Part shown: positions 40,677-41,541 of the stretch, piece by piece | How the letters are laid out: each line of letters begins with the position of its first letter | How positions within the stretch are numbered: position 1 is the stretch's first letter | Assembly: GCA_051382305.1 (NCBI GenBank) | Contig: JBBCAV010000298.1 | Coordinates: 1 to 41,541 of the forward strand | Direction of reading: 5' to 3' | Origin: Bdellovibrionota bacterium FG-2 | Lineage (GTDB): Bacteria; Bdellovibrionota; UBA1018 | Length of the DNA: 41,541 bases | Translations under genes and position numbers: made by a program | Notes under the pieces: model-generated | The model's input: the letters and a program-made list of their open reading frames with translations, nothing else | Told to the model about the DNA's origin: nothing | Database searches by the model: none

Positions 40677-40937
40677 ATGGCACACAAAAAAGCAGGTGGT
40701 AGTTCTAGAAACGGTCGCGATAGTAACCCCAAAATGCGTGGTGTGAAGCGCTTTGGTGGACAAGTCGTCAACTCCGGCGAGATCCTCGTGCGTCAAGTTG
40801 GAACGAAGTTCCACCCTGGACGTAACGTAGCCTTGGGCCGCGATTTCACCCTCTACTCCCTCATTCCGGGAGTTGTGAAATTTGAGCAGTACGATAAACA
40901 GAGAAAACAAGTCTCTGTCTATCCTGCCGCTTCGTAA
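40677..40937 (+). CDS. rpmA: 50S ribosomal protein L27
   Basis: [16 protein letters not shown]. Confidence 0.99.
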   Translation: MAHKKAGGSSRNGRDSNPKMRGVKRFGGQVVNSGEILVRQVGTKFHPGRNVALGRDFTLYSLIPGVVKFEQYDKQRKQVSVYPAAS

Positions 40938-40999
40938 GCAGCGATTGCCGTTCGCTACACACCCCAGTCAATCCTAGTCAACCCTAGCTAAGAAGTACC

Positions 41000-41541
41000 A
41001 TGCGTTTTATCGATGAAGCCCTTATCAAAGTCTCTGGAGGTCACGGCGGCCCAGGGTGCGTAAGCTTTCGAAGGGAAGTCTTCGAGCCTCGTGGCGGACC
41101 CAATGGTGGCGACGGTGGCGCAGGCGGCGGCATTATCTTCATAGCCTCGGTTCAACTCGGCTCACTTCAAGACTTTCGATTCAGACGTACCTATACCGCA
41201 GACAGCGGAGATAATGGTTCGGGAGCTAACAAAGCAGGAAGAGATGGCGACGACGTCGAAATCCTAGTTCCAGTGGGCACGATCATTCGCGATGCAGACT
41301 CGGGCGAGATCTTGTATGACTTCTCCAAAGACAAAGAGCGTTGGGTGGCATGCAAGGGTGGACGAGGGGGTAAAGGGAACACACATTTCGTTTCTTCGAC
41401 TTTTCAAGCACCCAAGTTTGCCCAACCCGGAGAAGAAGGCGAGCATAAGAATCTAAAACTTGAGCTCAAACTTTTGGCAGATGCCGGGATCATTGGCTTC
41501 CCCAATGCGGGCAAATCCACGCTCATCTCTCGCATCAGTGC
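41000..41541 (+). CDS. obgE: GTPase ObgE/CgtA (partial; runs off the window end)
   Basis: MRFIDEA...[14 protein letters not shown]...[12 protein letters not shown]...[22 protein letters not shown]; synteny with rplU-rpmA. Confidence 0.98.
   Translation, partial: MRFIDEALIKVSGGHGGPGCVSFRREVFEPRGGPNGGDGGAGGGIIFIASVQLGSLQDFRFRRTYTADSGDNGSGANKAGRDGDDVEILVPVGTIIRDADSGEILYDFSKDKERWVACKGGRGGKGNTHFVSSTFQAPKFAQPGEEGEHKNLKLELKLLADAGIIGFPNAGKSTLISRIS

Overview
Mostly core-genome DNA, probably from a Bdellovibrionota/Oligoflexia-like bacterium (inferred from protein style and gene content only). Positions 1-14.2 kb hold the minus-strand tRNA(Thr,Tyr,Gly,Thr)-tuf-rpmG-tRNA(Trp)-secE-nusG-rplKAJL-rpoBC cluster, followed directly by tRNA-Val. 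Next come a small decaying islet (amber-interrupted methyltransferase, deleted LysE, Lrp regulator, degenerate 2H phosphoesterase), then a TrmH-family methyltransferase and pyrF. These are followed by a two-gene secreted gluzincin metalloprotease operon, an NtrY/NtrX-like pair, pyrD, an RsmB-like gene, acyl-CoA dehydrogenase, rsgA, serA with a convergent D-2-hydroxyacid dehydrogenase, a pseudo-receiver/TPR gene, secreted hypotheticals, an IS scar, and rplU-rpmA-obgE. The two best hidden signals are below the ORF-track cutoff. One is a TrpL-like leader peptide (MKTFTLPHQRQQILWWRF) with its own promoter and SD, upstream of a Trp-free secreted protein of unknown function rather than trp genes. 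The other is a stand-alone 23-aa histone-H1-like Lys/Ala micropeptide gene (MATKKKATKKKVAKKKVAKKKKK) with its own SD and terminator.
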